A stretch of 64,000 nt of DNA from Candidatus Binatia bacterium (GCA_963666315.2 CAXXHG010000047.1:32001-96000); one strand, 5' to 3'. Shown: positions 28,649-39,135, numbered from the stretch's first letter. The notes: generated by a model from the sequence alone, not told the origin. Translations and numbers: made by a program.

Positions 28649-29812
28649 GTGGAAGATCTCTGGGAACGTGCTGAAGAAATTTTAGCCTCCGGCAAACCGT
28701 TTGTTTTAGCCACCATTATCCGTACACGTGGATCAGTCCCACGTGAAGTTGGCGCCAAAATGGTCATCCCGCCCGACGGACAGCCGTTTGGAACCATTGG
28801 TGGCGGGTGTGGGGAAGGCGAAGTCCTGCGCCGCGCCTATCCAGTTCTCGACCAAAACCTGCCGCCGCGTATTGTCCAGGTTGATCTCACGGGCGATTTC
28901 GACCAGGACGAAATCCAGGTCTGTGGTGGTTTGATGGACGTCGCCCTCGATCTGTGGCAGCCGGATGAACATCGCGAACTCGCCCGGACGTTGGCCCAGG
29001 CTGCCCATGCTCGTCGTCCGGTGGCTTTGGTGACGGCGCTCAATGCTGTCCGTGATGTACGACCCGGAACAAAAAGCTGTCTGTCTCTCGACCCAAGTGG
29101 CGCGTCTCTCTCACCAGATGTCCCAATTGCACAGGAAACAGTCGAAATTTTTTCTGCGTCAGTTTCTGCCGGGAAACCACAACTCTTTGCCGTCGCACCA
29201 AACGGTGAAGTATTTGAAGACGCTCTAGCTCGTAAGGAAGACTGGCCGCGCGTTTTTGTGGATGTCCAGGCCGGGCTGCAGACCTTACTCATCGTTGGTG
29301 CGGGCCACATTGCTCAGCCGTTATGTGAAATAGGTTCCATGCTGGGCTTTCATACTGTCGTGGTGGACGACCGCTGGGCGTTTGCCAATCGTGAACGCTT
29401 TCCCCGCGCGGCAGACATTCGAGTCGGGCCGTATGATGACGTGCTCAACAGCCTCGATATTAACGACCAGACTATGGCCGTTGTTGTGACGCGTGGGCAT
29501 GTGTGGGATGAAGCCGCGGTCAAGATCGTGCTCAAAAAGAAACCGGCCTATATCGGTATGATCGGGAGTCGGCGCCGGGCAAAGCAGACGCTCGAACGCC
29601 TGGTTGAACAGGGCTATAGCCCGGAAGACCTGAGCCGGGTGCATACGCCCTTGGGACTCGATATTGCGGCCGAAACCCCAGCTGAGATTGCGGTTGCGAT
29701 TGCTGCTGAGATTGTACGCGCGCGTCGCAACGGTCCGGCTGATACGCTCTCGTTGGCAGCCAAGGCTCGTCCCAGCGGGTCGCTCAAGTTCACGGGCTCT
29801 CACCGTTCATGA
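28649..29812 (+). CDS. xdhC: XdhC/CoxI Mo-cofactor sulfuration/insertion chaperone
   Basis: GSVPREVGAKM, GTIGGGCGE, CGG, VGAGHIA, VVTRGH, YIGMIGSRRR, PLGLDIAAETPAEIA. Confidence 0.93.
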   Translation: MEDLWERAEEILASGKPFVLATIIRTRGSVPREVGAKMVIPPDGQPFGTIGGGCGEGEVLRRAYPVLDQNLPPRIVQVDLTGDFDQDEIQVCGGLMDVALDLWQPDEHRELARTLAQAAHARRPVALVTALNAVRDVRPGTKSCLSLDPSGASLSPDVPIAQETVEIFSASVSAGKPQLFAVAPNGEVFEDALARKEDWPRVFVDVQAGLQTLLIVGAGHIAQPLCEIGSMLGFHTVVVDDRWAFANRERFPRAADIRVGPYDDVLNSLDINDQTMAVVVTRGHVWDEAAVKIVLKKKPAYIGMIGSRRRAKQTLERLVEQGYSPEDLSRVHTPLGLDIAAETPAEIAVAIAAEIVRARRNGPADTLSLAAKARPSGSLKFTGSHRS

Positions 29813-30423
29813 TCTCCGGTATTGTCCTGGCGGCTGGTGAGTCGCGGCGTATGGGCTCGCCCAAAGCGCTGCTCGACTACCAGGGACGGACCTTTATTGA
29901 GAATATCTGTGATGCATTTGTGACTGCTGGAGTAGACGAATTGATCGTGGTTCTCGGAGCGCATGAACATGAGGAGAAAATCCGCGCCGCCGTGCCGGAC
30001 CATCGTATGCTCCAGGTTACGCTGAATCCACGCCATCGACTTGGGCAATTATCGTCGCTCATGGCCGGCATTCATGCCCTGTCGTCCGAAAGCGAGGCGG
30101 CGGTTGTGAATCTGGTGGACCATCCTCTGGTGAAGGCAGAGACGATACAAGCGCTTATATCGTCATTTCGCGCAGACCCACTGCCCATTATTATCGCGTC
30201 GTATCAAGGCCGACGGGGACATCCGGTCCTATTCTCTAGTCTCGTATATGAAGAAATTCTGGCCGTACCGCTGGATCAAGGCGCCAAAGTAGTTGTCAGA
30301 AAAGACCCCGATCGCGTCCGTGAAGTCTGCCTCGACGATCCGGGTATCCGAGCTGATATTGATACTCCCCAAGCATACGCCCAGTGGGTGGATGTCACAA
30401 AAAAACAGCACGGGAATCACTGA
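29809..30423 (+). CDS. mocA: Molybdenum cofactor cytidylyltransferase
   Basis: VLAAGESRRMGSPKALL, LVDHP, GRRGHPVLF, DQGAK, DIDTP; lies in an xdh cluster. Confidence 0.85.
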   Translation: MISGIVLAAGESRRMGSPKALLDYQGRTFIENICDAFVTAGVDELIVVLGAHEHEEKIRAAVPDHRMLQVTLNPRHRLGQLSSLMAGIHALSSESEAAVVNLVDHPLVKAETIQALISSFRADPLPIIIASYQGRRGHPVLFSSLVYEEILAVPLDQGAKVVVRKDPDRVREVCLDDPGIRADIDTPQAYAQWVDVTKKQHGNH

Positions 30424-30533
30424 GAATCCTTGTGAGAACCCTTGCACTCCCCGGCGCTTTTATATAAAGATTCAGGAGTCTACGAGAGATAAATAGATTT
30501 CCCAATGCGGATTATTAGGAAAAGGAGGAGACC

Positions 30534-31403
30534 TTGCACGAACTGACGTATGAAGCGCCGACTTCGCTCGATCAGGCCATCAGTCTGTTGGCTGCGGCGG
30601 GTGAAAATGGGCGTCTGTTAGCTGGAGGCACGGATCTGATTATCCAGATGCGTGCTGGCGTACGACAACCGGGACAGGTGATAGACGCCAAAAAGATCCC
30701 AGAACTCCAAACGCTGTCCTTTGACGCCCAGAATGGACTCCGTCTCGGGGCTGCACTGGCCTGCTGTAAGATCATCGAAGATGCAACCGTGCAGCAGCAA
30801 TATCCGGGGCTGGTTGAGGCCTCTGGCCTCATTGGTTCCGACCAAATTCTCGCCCGGGCATCGGTTGGCGGAAATGTGTGTAATGGATCGCCCGCAGCGG
30901 ATACAACCCCGGCGCTGATAGCCCTAAGCGCCGTGTGCCATATAGCCGGACCCAATGGGACCCGTGACGTTCCGGTTGAAGATTTTGTGACCGCTCCCGG
31001 CCAAACGGTGCTTGCACCCAATGAACTCCTCGTAGAACTTCGGATTCCCGCGCTGCAAGGAAAGGCGGCTGATTGTTATCAACGTTTTATTCCCCGCAAT
31101 GAAATGGATATTGCCGTCGTCGGCGTAGGTTCCTGTGTTGCCCTTGATGGAGACATCTGTACGGCCGCGCGCATTGGTCTGGGTGCGGTTGCCGCACGCC
31201 CCCTCTTTGCCAAAGAGGTAGGAGATTCCCTGGTGGGCAAGCCGTTGAATGACGAGACTATAGCTGCGGCGGCAAAGCTTGCTCAGCAAGCGGCCTCGCC
31301 CATTGACGATATGCGCGGCACGGCGGAGTTTCGGACCCATCTGGTCGGCGTCCTCACCCGGCGCACCCTGAAGGAAGCGGCCGCACGCGCTCGCGCACGG
31401 TAG
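30534..31403 (+). CDS. Xanthine dehydrogenase family FAD-binding (medium) subunit
   Basis: LAGGTDL, IGSDQI, ASVGGNVCNGSPAAD, PIDDMRGTAEFR. Confidence 0.94.
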   Translation: MHELTYEAPTSLDQAISLLAAAGENGRLLAGGTDLIIQMRAGVRQPGQVIDAKKIPELQTLSFDAQNGLRLGAALACCKIIEDATVQQQYPGLVEASGLIGSDQILARASVGGNVCNGSPAADTTPALIALSAVCHIAGPNGTRDVPVEDFVTAPGQTVLAPNELLVELRIPALQGKAADCYQRFIPRNEMDIAVVGVGSCVALDGDICTAARIGLGAVAARPLFAKEVGDSLVGKPLNDETIAAAAKLAQQAASPIDDMRGTAEFRTHLVGVLTRRTLKEAAARARAR

Positions 31404-31482
31404 TAGTGCGTACGTGCCCGACGATAGTGCCACGCGCACGATAGCCATATTCTAGTGATGTTTTGGGGAAGGCAGGAAAAGC

Positions 31483-31959
31483 ATGAAGAAAGTACATGTT
31501 CAAATAACTTTAAATGGAGAAGAGACCGAGTTTTTGTGTGAACCGCGTCAGAGTTTGCTCGAAGTGTTGCGTGACGTCCTCGGCTATACGGGCACAAAAG
31601 AGGGCTGTCTGACGGGCGACTGTGGCGCGTGTAGCGTCATCATGGACGGCCGGCCCATCGACTCGTGTCTCGTACTTGGGATCGAGGCGGAAGGCAAAGA
31701 GATTACGACCGTGGAAGGCTTGGCTGACGGAGATACGCTGCATCCGCTGCAAAAGAAGTTTCTTGAGCATGCGGCTCTCCAGTGCGGGATCTGTACGCCT
31801 GGCTTTCTGGTCACGTCCAAGGCGCTGCTCGACCGTAATCCCAATCCCACCGAACACGAAATACGTTACGCCCTGGCCGGCAATCTCTGCCGCTGCACAG
31901 GCTATGACAAAATTGTGAGAGCGGTCCAGGATGCCGCTTCTCAGATGCAAGGGAGGTAA
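31483..31959 (+). CDS. Xanthine dehydrogenase family 2x[2Fe-2S] (small) subunit
   Basis: GTKEGCLTGDCGACSV, QCGICTPG, GNLCRCTGY. Confidence 0.95.
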   Translation: MKKVHVQITLNGEETEFLCEPRQSLLEVLRDVLGYTGTKEGCLTGDCGACSVIMDGRPIDSCLVLGIEAEGKEITTVEGLADGDTLHPLQKKFLEHAALQCGICTPGFLVTSKALLDRNPNPTEHEIRYALAGNLCRCTGYDKIVRAVQDAASQMQGR

Positions 31960-31961
31960 TT

Positions 31962-34232
31962 ATGGCAGCCCGGCAAGAACACAAGTTTAAGGTCATTGGG
32001 ACGCGTCCGATTCGACATGACGGCGTTGATAAGGTCACGGGTCGCGCGCAGTACGGGGCCGACATCGATCTGGCCGGCCTCCTGCACGGTAAAACTCTGC
32101 GCAGCTCACATGCCCACGCCAATATTAAATCAATCGATACCTCAGCCGCAGAGGCGCTGTCTGGAGTGAAGGCGGTCATTACTGCTCAGGATTTTCCGAA
32201 TATCGAACCGGGCATGGCCCAAATGGGTGAGCTGCCGGTCAACCCGCAACATATGTCTTTGAACTGCATCGCCCGGGACAAGGTCCTGTACGACGGCCAT
32301 GTTGTGGCTGCGGTTGTGGCGACGAGCCCACATATTGCTGAGGAAGCACTCAAACTGATCAAGGTTGACTATGAGGTGCTGCCTCATGTGCAGAACGTTA
32401 TGGACGCCATGAATGATGATGCCCCCATCCTCTTACCTGGATTAGGAAAAGGGGACGATGGGGAGCCGAAAGACACCAATGTTGCCAACCATGTGCAGTT
32501 CGAACGGGGCGATATTGCTGCCGGGTTTGCGGCGGCTGAGGTCATAGTTGAGCGCGAATTTGATACCTCCATGGTCCACCAGGGCTATATCGAGCCCCAT
32601 AACTCGGTGGCCCAATACAGTTCGGACGGGCAAAGCACGATTTGGGTGAGCACCCAGGGCGCGTTCACGGCCCGGGATCAAACAGCCATGGTTCTTGACA
32701 TGCCAGCCAGCAAAATTAAGGTCGTTCCGGCGGAAATCGGTGGTGGTTTTGGCGGCAAGATTCCCATCTACTTTGAACCTATTTCCCTGATACTATCCAA
32801 AAAAACAGGCAAGCCGGTCAAGATGGTCATGAGCCGGGCTGAGGTGCTCAAAGCCACCGGGCCGACTCCGGGTTCACATATCAGGGTGAAGATGGGCGCG
32901 GATAAGGACGGAAAGATCACGGCTGCCGAAGTCTGGATGGCGTATGAAGCGGGTGGATTCCCTGGCTCCCCGGTTGGCGCGGGATGTATGACGATTATCA
33001 CCCCGTATGACATTGAGAACCTCAAAATCGATGGCTATGACGTGTTGGTCAACAAGCCCAAAACAGCAGCCTACAGGGCTCCAGGGTCAACAAATGCAGC
33101 CATGGGCTCAGAGACCGTTATCGATGAGCTAGCCGAAAAGCTGGGGATAGATCCGCTTGAATTCCGGCGCATCAATGGGGCCAAAGAGGGCACGGCCCAA
33201 GCGGCCGGCCCAAAATTTGGACGGATCGGCTATCTCGAAACGGTTGAGGCGGCCAAGACCAGTGACCACTTTAAGTCCGAGTTGCCCCAAGTCGAAGGCC
33301 GGCGGGTTGGTCGTGGTGTGGCATCGGGTTTTTGGTTCAACGCAGGTTTTCAGTCCAGCGCGACTGTGGCGATTAATAGTGACGGTACGGCCAATGTGGT
33401 AACCGGTTCGATCGATATTGGTGGCACGCGGGCGTCGTGCGCCATGATTGCGGCTGAGGTTTTGGGTCTGACCGCAGAAGAAGTGCACCCCGTTGTGGCG
33501 GATACCGAGTCCATTGGTCATACCGATATGACCGGTGGCAGCCGGGTGACCTTTGCCACCGGGACTGCGGTATACGATGCGGCTCAGGATGTGCTCAGTC
33601 AGCTGAAAGAGCGTGCTGCGAAATCTTGGAAGGTCGAAACTGATCAAGTCACGTTTCAAGATGGCGTGTTCACCTGTACCACGAACGGCAACGAGTCCAT
33701 GACCCTCAAAGAACTCTCGGGCAAACTGCCGCGTACGGGTGGGCCGGTCATGGGCCGGGCGTCGGTCAACCCGCGTGGCGTTGGTCCTGCCTTTGCCACC
33801 CATGTGGTGGACGTCGCGGTTGATGAAGAGACCGGCAAGGTCGATATTCTTCGCTATACGGCGGTCCAGGATGTCGGTACTGCTATTCATCCGAGTTATG
33901 TTGAAGGCCAGATGCAGGGTGGTGTGGCCCAAGGCATCGGCTGGGCGCTCAACGAAGAATACGTCTACGGTGATGACGGCAGGCTGCAGAACGCGGGTTT
34001 TCTGGACTATCGGATGCCGACTTGCCTGGACCTGCCCATGATCGAAACCGTGCTGGTCGAGGTTCCTAACCCGGGCCATCCGGTCGGCGTGCGTGGTGTG
34101 GGCGAGGTGCCTATCATCCCACCGCCCGCAGCTATCGCCAACGCGATCTACAGCGCGACCGGGGTCCGTATGGCCGATCTGCCGATGTCGCCGCCCCGGC
34201 TGTGCAAGGCGATCTTGGAGAAAAACGGATAA
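31962..34232 (+). CDS. Xanthine dehydrogenase family molybdopterin-binding large subunit (paralog L1)
   Basis: KVTGRAQY, HQGYIEPH, GGGFGGK, AYRAPG, GGSR, GQMQGG, GVGEVP. Confidence 0.95.
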   Translation: MAARQEHKFKVIGTRPIRHDGVDKVTGRAQYGADIDLAGLLHGKTLRSSHAHANIKSIDTSAAEALSGVKAVITAQDFPNIEPGMAQMGELPVNPQHMSLNCIARDKVLYDGHVVAAVVATSPHIAEEALKLIKVDYEVLPHVQNVMDAMNDDAPILLPGLGKGDDGEPKDTNVANHVQFERGDIAAGFAAAEVIVEREFDTSMVHQGYIEPHNSVAQYSSDGQSTIWVSTQGAFTARDQTAMVLDMPASKIKVVPAEIGGGFGGKIPIYFEPISLILSKKTGKPVKMVMSRAEVLKATGPTPGSHIRVKMGADKDGKITAAEVWMAYEAGGFPGSPVGAGCMTIITPYDIENLKIDGYDVLVNKPKTAAYRAPGSTNAAMGSETVIDELAEKLGIDPLEFRRINGAKEGTAQAAGPKFGRIGYLETVEAAKTSDHFKSELPQVEGRRVGRGVASGFWFNAGFQSSATVAINSDGTANVVTGSIDIGGTRASCAMIAAEVLGLTAEEVHPVVADTESIGHTDMTGGSRVTFATGTAVYDAAQDVLSQLKERAAKSWKVETDQVTFQDGVFTCTTNGNESMTLKELSGKLPRTGGPVMGRASVNPRGVGPAFATHVVDVAVDEETGKVDILRYTAVQDVGTAIHPSYVEGQMQGGVAQGIGWALNEEYVYGDDGRLQNAGFLDYRMPTCLDLPMIETVLVEVPNPGHPVGVRGVGEVPIIPPPAAIANAIYSATGVRMADLPMSPPRLCKAILEKNG

Positions 34233-34239
34233 ACACTCT

Positions 34240-34267
34240 GTAGGAGCAATGCATGCATTGCTCCTAC
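34240..34267. repeat. Perfect 28-bp GTAG-type REP palindrome
   Basis: gtaggagcaatgcatgcattgctcctac equals its own reverse complement. Confidence 0.8.
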
Positions 34268-34281
34268 TCCACACAGTATCC

Positions 34282-34545
34282 ATGACAACTGTCTTTATTC
34301 CCTCACTCCTGCGCAAACTGACCGGTGGAAAAGACCGGACAACTGCGCGCGGGGCAACGGTGAGAGAAATTATTGAAGACCTCGAACGCCAGTTCCCTGG
34401 GTTTCGTGACCGCGTGATCGAGAACGGTGACCTGACCGGCTCCATTGCTGTATCCGTCAACGGAGAAATTAGTGCCGAAGGGCTACACGAGGCGGTCCCG
34501 GATGAAAGCGAAATCCATTTTGTGCCGGCCATCGGGGGCGGATGA
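34282..34545 (+). CDS. MoaD/ThiS ubiquitin-like sulfur carrier
   Basis: MTTVFIPSLLRKLTGG...GATVREII...VSVNGE...FVPAIGGG with C-terminal GG. Confidence 0.88.
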   Translation: MTTVFIPSLLRKLTGGKDRTTARGATVREIIEDLERQFPGFRDRVIENGDLTGSIAVSVNGEISAEGLHEAVPDESEIHFVPAIGGG

Positions 34546-34620
34546 ATACGACGTAAAGACGACGGTTGAACGGGGAAGGGTAGACAGTGCTCTTCCCCGT
34601 TTTTGTGTAGGGGAGGAAGT

Positions 34621-36903
34621 ATGGAGTCGGACCAAAAGCATCAATTCAAAGTGATCGGAACCCGTCCGATTCGGCATGACGGCGTTGATAAAGTTACGGG
34701 CAGAGCCAGATATGGCGCAGATATCACGCTCCCCGGTCTGTTGCACGGAAAAGTGTTACGCAGTCCCCACGCGCACGCGCATATCAAATCTATTGATACA
34801 TCTGCGGCTGAAGCCCTGCCTGGCGTCAAAGTTGTCATTACGGGAGCCGACTTCCCCGATATCGCACCTGGCATGCTGCAAATAGGCGAGAATTTTGTCA
34901 ATCCGCGCCACTTAGCGTTTAATATCATGGCCCGAGACAAGGTCTTATACGATGGACATGCGGTCGCAGCAGTCGCGGCAACGAACCCGCATATTGCCGA
35001 GGAGGCACTGAAGCGCATTGAGGTGGAGTATGAACCACTGCCCTTTGTGCAAAACGTGCTTGAGGCCATGCAGGACGATGCGGTTATCCTGCATGCCGAC
35101 TTACGGACAGGCGGAATCGATACAGGCAAGGACAAAGAGACTAATGTCGCGCATCACGTCCAGTTTTCTCGGGGTGAGCTCGAAGCCGGCTTTGCTGCAG
35201 CTGGGGTCGTAATAGAGCGCACGTTCAATACGACGATGGTTCATCAGGGCTATATCGAGCCGCATAATGCGGTTGCCCAGTACAATCAAGACGGTCGAGC
35301 CACGGTCTGGGTCAGTACCCAGGGGCCGTTTGCCGTGCGCGAATTGTGCGCCACGATGCTCCACATGAAGCCGGGCGATATCAAAGTCGAGCCGGCTGAG
35401 ATTGGCGGTGGCTTTGGTGGCAAGACGACTGTCTATTTAGAACCCTTGGCGCTGCTCATGGCCAAGATAACAGGTCGTCCGGTCAAAATGGTTATGTCCC
35501 GAAGTGAAGTCCTGCGCGCCACTGGTCCAACGCCGGGATCGCATATTCGGGTCAAAATCGGGGCGAACACCGCTGGTAAAATCACCGCTGCTGAACTGCA
35601 GCTGTCGTTTGAGGCCGGCGCGTTTCCCGGTTCGCCTGTTGCCGCTGGCTGTATGACCGTCCTTGCTCCGTACGACTTAGAAAACTTCCAGGTCGACGGC
35701 TATGATGTTGTTCTCAACAAGCCGAAGACGTGTGCCTACCGTGCGCCTGGCGCTACGAATCCGGCTATGGCGGCGGAAACCGTAATTGATGAGATCGCGG
35801 AAAAGCTCAATATTGATCCGCTGGAATTTCGGCGTATTAATGGAGCACGAGAAGGAACGTCTCAACCTGCAGGGCCCAAATTCAAACGGATCGGCTATCT
35901 CGAAACCATCGACGCAATCGAGAACAGCGCTCACTATCAGTCGCCGGTGCCACGGGCCGAAAACGGGAAACTCCGCGGTCGGGGGGTCGCGTCAGGCTTT
36001 TGGTTTAATGCCGCATTTCAGTCCAGTGCGACGGTGAGTATTAACACCGATGGAACGGCCAACGTTGTCACTGGCTCGCCCGATATTGGCGGCAGTCGTG
36101 TCTCGTGTGCCATGATTGCGGCGGAGGTATTGGGACTGACGGCAGAAGAAATCCATCCCGTTGTTGCGGATACGGAATCTATCGGTCATACGGATACGAC
36201 GGGCGGCAGCCGGGTGACATTTGCGACCGGCTGGGCGGTATATCAAGCCGCCCAAGATGCCATCGAGCAACTCAAGCAGCGGGCGGCGACCATGTGGAAG
36301 GTCAAACCCGAAGAGGTTGTGTATCAAGATGGGAGGCTGTCGTGTACGAGTAACGGGCATGAATCCATGGGCTTAAAAGAGCTCGCGCCAAAGTTCCCAC
36401 GAGCCGGAGGGCCCGTCATGGGCCGGGCGTCCGTCCGTCCGCGTGGTGTTGGTCCGGCCTTTGCCGCGCACGTCGTGGATGTGGAAGTCGATCCCGAAAC
36501 CGGGAAAGTGGACATCCTGCGCTATACCGCGGCGCAAGATGTCGGCAAAGCCGTTCACCCTAGCTATGTCGAAGGCCAGATTCAGGGTGGTGTGGCCCAA
36601 GGCGTCGGCTGGGCGCTGAATGAAGAGTATTACTACGCCGAAGACGGCACGCTGCGCAACACGGGTTTTCTGGATTACCGTATGCCGACGTGTCTTGATC
36701 TGCCTATGATCGAAACCATCTTGGTTGAAGTCGCTAACCCAGGTCATCCGTTCGGGATTCGTGGTGTAGGCGAAGTACCGATCATCCCACCGCCGGCGGC
36801 GATTGCAAACGCGATCTACAGCGCGACCGGGGTACGCATGACCGAACTCCCCATGTCACCCGCCAAAGTGGCCAAAGCGATTCTGGACAAGAATGCGAGG
36901 TAG
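34621..36903 (+). CDS. Xanthine dehydrogenase family molybdopterin-binding large subunit (paralog L2)
   Basis: Colinear with L1 throughout; AYRAPG and GVGEVP. GGAGG RBS before ATG 34621. Confidence 0.95.
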   Translation: MESDQKHQFKVIGTRPIRHDGVDKVTGRARYGADITLPGLLHGKVLRSPHAHAHIKSIDTSAAEALPGVKVVITGADFPDIAPGMLQIGENFVNPRHLAFNIMARDKVLYDGHAVAAVAATNPHIAEEALKRIEVEYEPLPFVQNVLEAMQDDAVILHADLRTGGIDTGKDKETNVAHHVQFSRGELEAGFAAAGVVIERTFNTTMVHQGYIEPHNAVAQYNQDGRATVWVSTQGPFAVRELCATMLHMKPGDIKVEPAEIGGGFGGKTTVYLEPLALLMAKITGRPVKMVMSRSEVLRATGPTPGSHIRVKIGANTAGKITAAELQLSFEAGAFPGSPVAAGCMTVLAPYDLENFQVDGYDVVLNKPKTCAYRAPGATNPAMAAETVIDEIAEKLNIDPLEFRRINGAREGTSQPAGPKFKRIGYLETIDAIENSAHYQSPVPRAENGKLRGRGVASGFWFNAAFQSSATVSINTDGTANVVTGSPDIGGSRVSCAMIAAEVLGLTAEEIHPVVADTESIGHTDTTGGSRVTFATGWAVYQAAQDAIEQLKQRAATMWKVKPEEVVYQDGRLSCTSNGHESMGLKELAPKFPRAGGPVMGRASVRPRGVGPAFAAHVVDVEVDPETGKVDILRYTAAQDVGKAVHPSYVEGQIQGGVAQGVGWALNEEYYYAEDGTLRNTGFLDYRMPTCLDLPMIETILVEVANPGHPFGIRGVGEVPIIPPPAAIANAIYSATGVRMTELPMSPAKVAKAILDKNAR

Positions 36904-36914
36904 AGAAGATGACC

Positions 36915-37111
36915 GTAGGGACGAGGTTCCCTCGTACTTGTCCCAATTTGAGTGGAATGAGCTGTCTGAGGAGGAACGGAGTGGCAGCGCCAGCGAGCTT
37001 CTCCCCTCTTGGGAGGGGTGCAGCGTAGCGGCGGGGTGGGTTTCGGGCCGGTCCGGGAACCCACCCCGGCCGCCGACCTGTAGTTGGACGGCCACCCCTC
37101 CAAGGAGGGGA
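36915..37111. repeat. REP cluster: GTAG REP plus a long 'cccctc..gagggg/ggggtggg' palindromic element
   Basis: gtagggacgaggttccctcgtac (36915-36937). ctcccctcttgggaggggtg...ggggtgggttt...aacccaccccggccgccgacc...cacccctccaaggagggga (37001-37111). Related copy at 62364-62419. Confidence 0.75.
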
Positions 37112-37193
37112 CAGAACGCTGAGTAACCCGACTAAGGCTTAAGTTGTGACTGATGGGTGACCTCGCCCCTACATATGTCTTGATTGAAAAATA

Positions 37194-38027
37194 ATGCCCC
37201 GACCCCATTCCCACTTTGTCACCATCAACGATCTACGTCTGCACTACCTCGATTGGGGTACGGCGGGAAAACCCGCATTGATTCTGTGTCACGGTGGCTC
37301 GGCCTATGCCCGCTGGTGGGATTTTATTGCTCCCGTCTTTGCCGAGGAATTTCACGTCTTCACTCCGGATTGGCGCGGCCACGGTGAGAGTCAACATGCA
37401 AAACCGCCGGCCTATAGCACGCGGCATTACATTGACGATCTGCATCAACTCGTCAGCCATCTTGGTATCGAACATCCCATCCTCCTCGGGCACTCAATGG
37501 GCGGGCATAATGCGCTTATTTATGCCACGCAACATGCTGAGGAACTCAGCGCCTTGATCTTGGTTGATATCGAACCAGGCTATCCTGAGGCCGCCGTCAC
37601 ATTGCTGCATCGAATGGGTGAAAAGCCGGCCAAGGTGTTTGACTCTTTTCAGGAGGCCATAGCCCGTTTTCGCGTATTTCCCCGTGCGTCTTTAGTCTCG
37701 GTTGATAAGCTGCGCTATCTCGCCTCTTTTGCTTTTAAGGAGCTGCCTGACGGGAAATGGACGTCTAAATTTGATCGGCGCACACTCTTTCGGGAGCCTA
37801 TAAACGGCTGGCCTTTGTTGGCTCGTATTCGCTGCCCCACACTCATTGTGAAGGCCGCGTACAGCCCGGTACTCACCCCACAAAAACTGGAGCGCATGTG
37901 CGCGGGCTTACCCAATAGTCGCTGGGCCGAGGTGCCTGACACATATCATCATGTGATGCTGGATAATCCGGACGGGTTTATCGAGATCGTACAGAGATTT
38001 CTGCGCGATCTGCATCATCATGCGTAA
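37194..38027 (+). CDS. Alpha/beta fold hydrolase
   Basis: LHYLDWG, CHGG, PDWRGHGES, GHSMGG, HHVMLDNP. Confidence 0.92.
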   Translation: MPRPHSHFVTINDLRLHYLDWGTAGKPALILCHGGSAYARWWDFIAPVFAEEFHVFTPDWRGHGESQHAKPPAYSTRHYIDDLHQLVSHLGIEHPILLGHSMGGHNALIYATQHAEELSALILVDIEPGYPEAAVTLLHRMGEKPAKVFDSFQEAIARFRVFPRASLVSVDKLRYLASFAFKELPDGKWTSKFDRRTLFREPINGWPLLARIRCPTLIVKAAYSPVLTPQKLERMCAGLPNSRWAEVPDTYHHVMLDNPDGFIEIVQRFLRDLHHHA

Positions 38028-38203
38028 GGCATAATGCGCAAGAAAAAAAGCATGCTGCTGCGTACGCAGTGATTTCTCTGTAGAAAAAACGACCCCTCTG
38101 ACAGATCCACCTGCGCCACTTTTTTGCGGCGGTTCTAGGCCGGCTACTTTTAGCGTAACGGAGGCCCATCTGGATCCGAAGACGGACCACTCGGGCGAGA
38201 CTC

Positions 38204-38545
38204 TCACGCTTTTTCTGCGCTCTCTTCGGCTTCCCACTTATCCGCCTGGCCCTTTTCCAATCGGGCGCGCTCAAACCGCTGCCGATGGACTTCCCGCCAG
38301 TGAAAGGATTGGGGTGGCTGGAGCTGGCGTTCAAGACTCTGAATCAGTGACTCTTTGCGGTCTGAACGACCAAAGCAGTGCTCGCCCAGCCACATCTCCC
38401 AACCGGGCCGCTTTTTCCCGTCAGGGCCGGTAATATTACAGCGGACAAAGTGGGGTTTTTGCGCGACTGTGGGTTTTGGGATAAGCGCATCTTCGGTTTC
38501 TTCAGGCGTTTTCTTGAGCTGCTGCATCACACGTCCTCCCCTCAC
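38204..38545 (-). CDS. Hypothetical small protein
   Basis: Clean ORF coupled to the Nudix stop; core FVRCNITGPDG...GWEMWLGEHCFGRSD. An alternative ATG follows a GGAGG RBS. Confidence 0.6.
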   Translation of the reverse strand: MRGGRVMQQLKKTPEETEDALIPKPTVAQKPHFVRCNITGPDGKKRPGWEMWLGEHCFGRSDRKESLIQSLERQLQPPQSFHWREVHRQRFERARLEKGQADKWEAEESAEKA

Positions 38546-39135
38546 GACTCGTTAATGAGTTCCAGAAATCCCCGCAGCATGCGGTAAGTGAGGCCCCAGA
38601 TAGTTTTTCCTCCATAGAGCAAGGCTGGGACTTGAATCGTCGATCCGTCCGGAAGATCCCGTTTCACGATCCGTTCAACATCTTCTTGCTGCATAAACGA
38701 CAGCGGCACCCAAATAATGTCCTGTACCTCAACCGGATCAGGGATAGGTCTTGCTTCCCCAGACACGAGATAGACAAAAGGGGCAACGACCATGCCCGTA
38801 TTTTTCCCACGAGCCGTGGCTTGCACCTCGGCAAGACGACCGAGGTATTCGGCCTGAGCATTGAGATTGATGCCGACTTCTTCGTGTGTCTCCCGTTCGA
38901 TTGTGACGAGCAGGTCAGGATCCTCGGGTTCATGCCGGCCGCCCGGAAAGGCCATGTGCCCCGACCACGGGTCTTGTGGATGGTGGGCGCGATGGATGAA
39001 GAGAACGTGCAAGTCCTCGGGCTGTGGTTGTAGGAGCAGCGCGACTGCGGCGCGCATGGGTGATTCAATATCAATGGGAGCTGGGCTGTGGTGGGAAAGC
39101 CGATCACGGATATGCAGGATTTTATTGTCGATCAT
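38542..39135 (-). CDS. Nudix CoA pyrophosphatase (NudL-like)
   Basis: AAVALLL, DPWSGHMAFPGG, RETHEEVG, IWGLT. Confidence 0.92.
   Translation of the reverse strand: MIDNKILHIRDRLSHHSPAPIDIESPMRAAVALLLQPQPEDLHVLFIHRAHHPQDPWSGHMAFPGGRHEPEDPDLLVTIERETHEEVGINLNAQAEYLGRLAEVQATARGKNTGMVVAPFVYLVSGEARPIPDPVEVQDIIWVPLSFMQQEDVERIVKRDLPDGSTIQVPALLYGGKTIWGLTYRMLRGFLELINES

Noticed and set aside
33129-34532. 467-aa minus-strand ORF
   Set aside because: Antisense to L1 and moaD; typical GC-rich shadow ORF
31962-36903. Aerobic CO dehydrogenase (coxL) call
   Set aside because: Active-site loop is AYRAPG, not AYxCSFR
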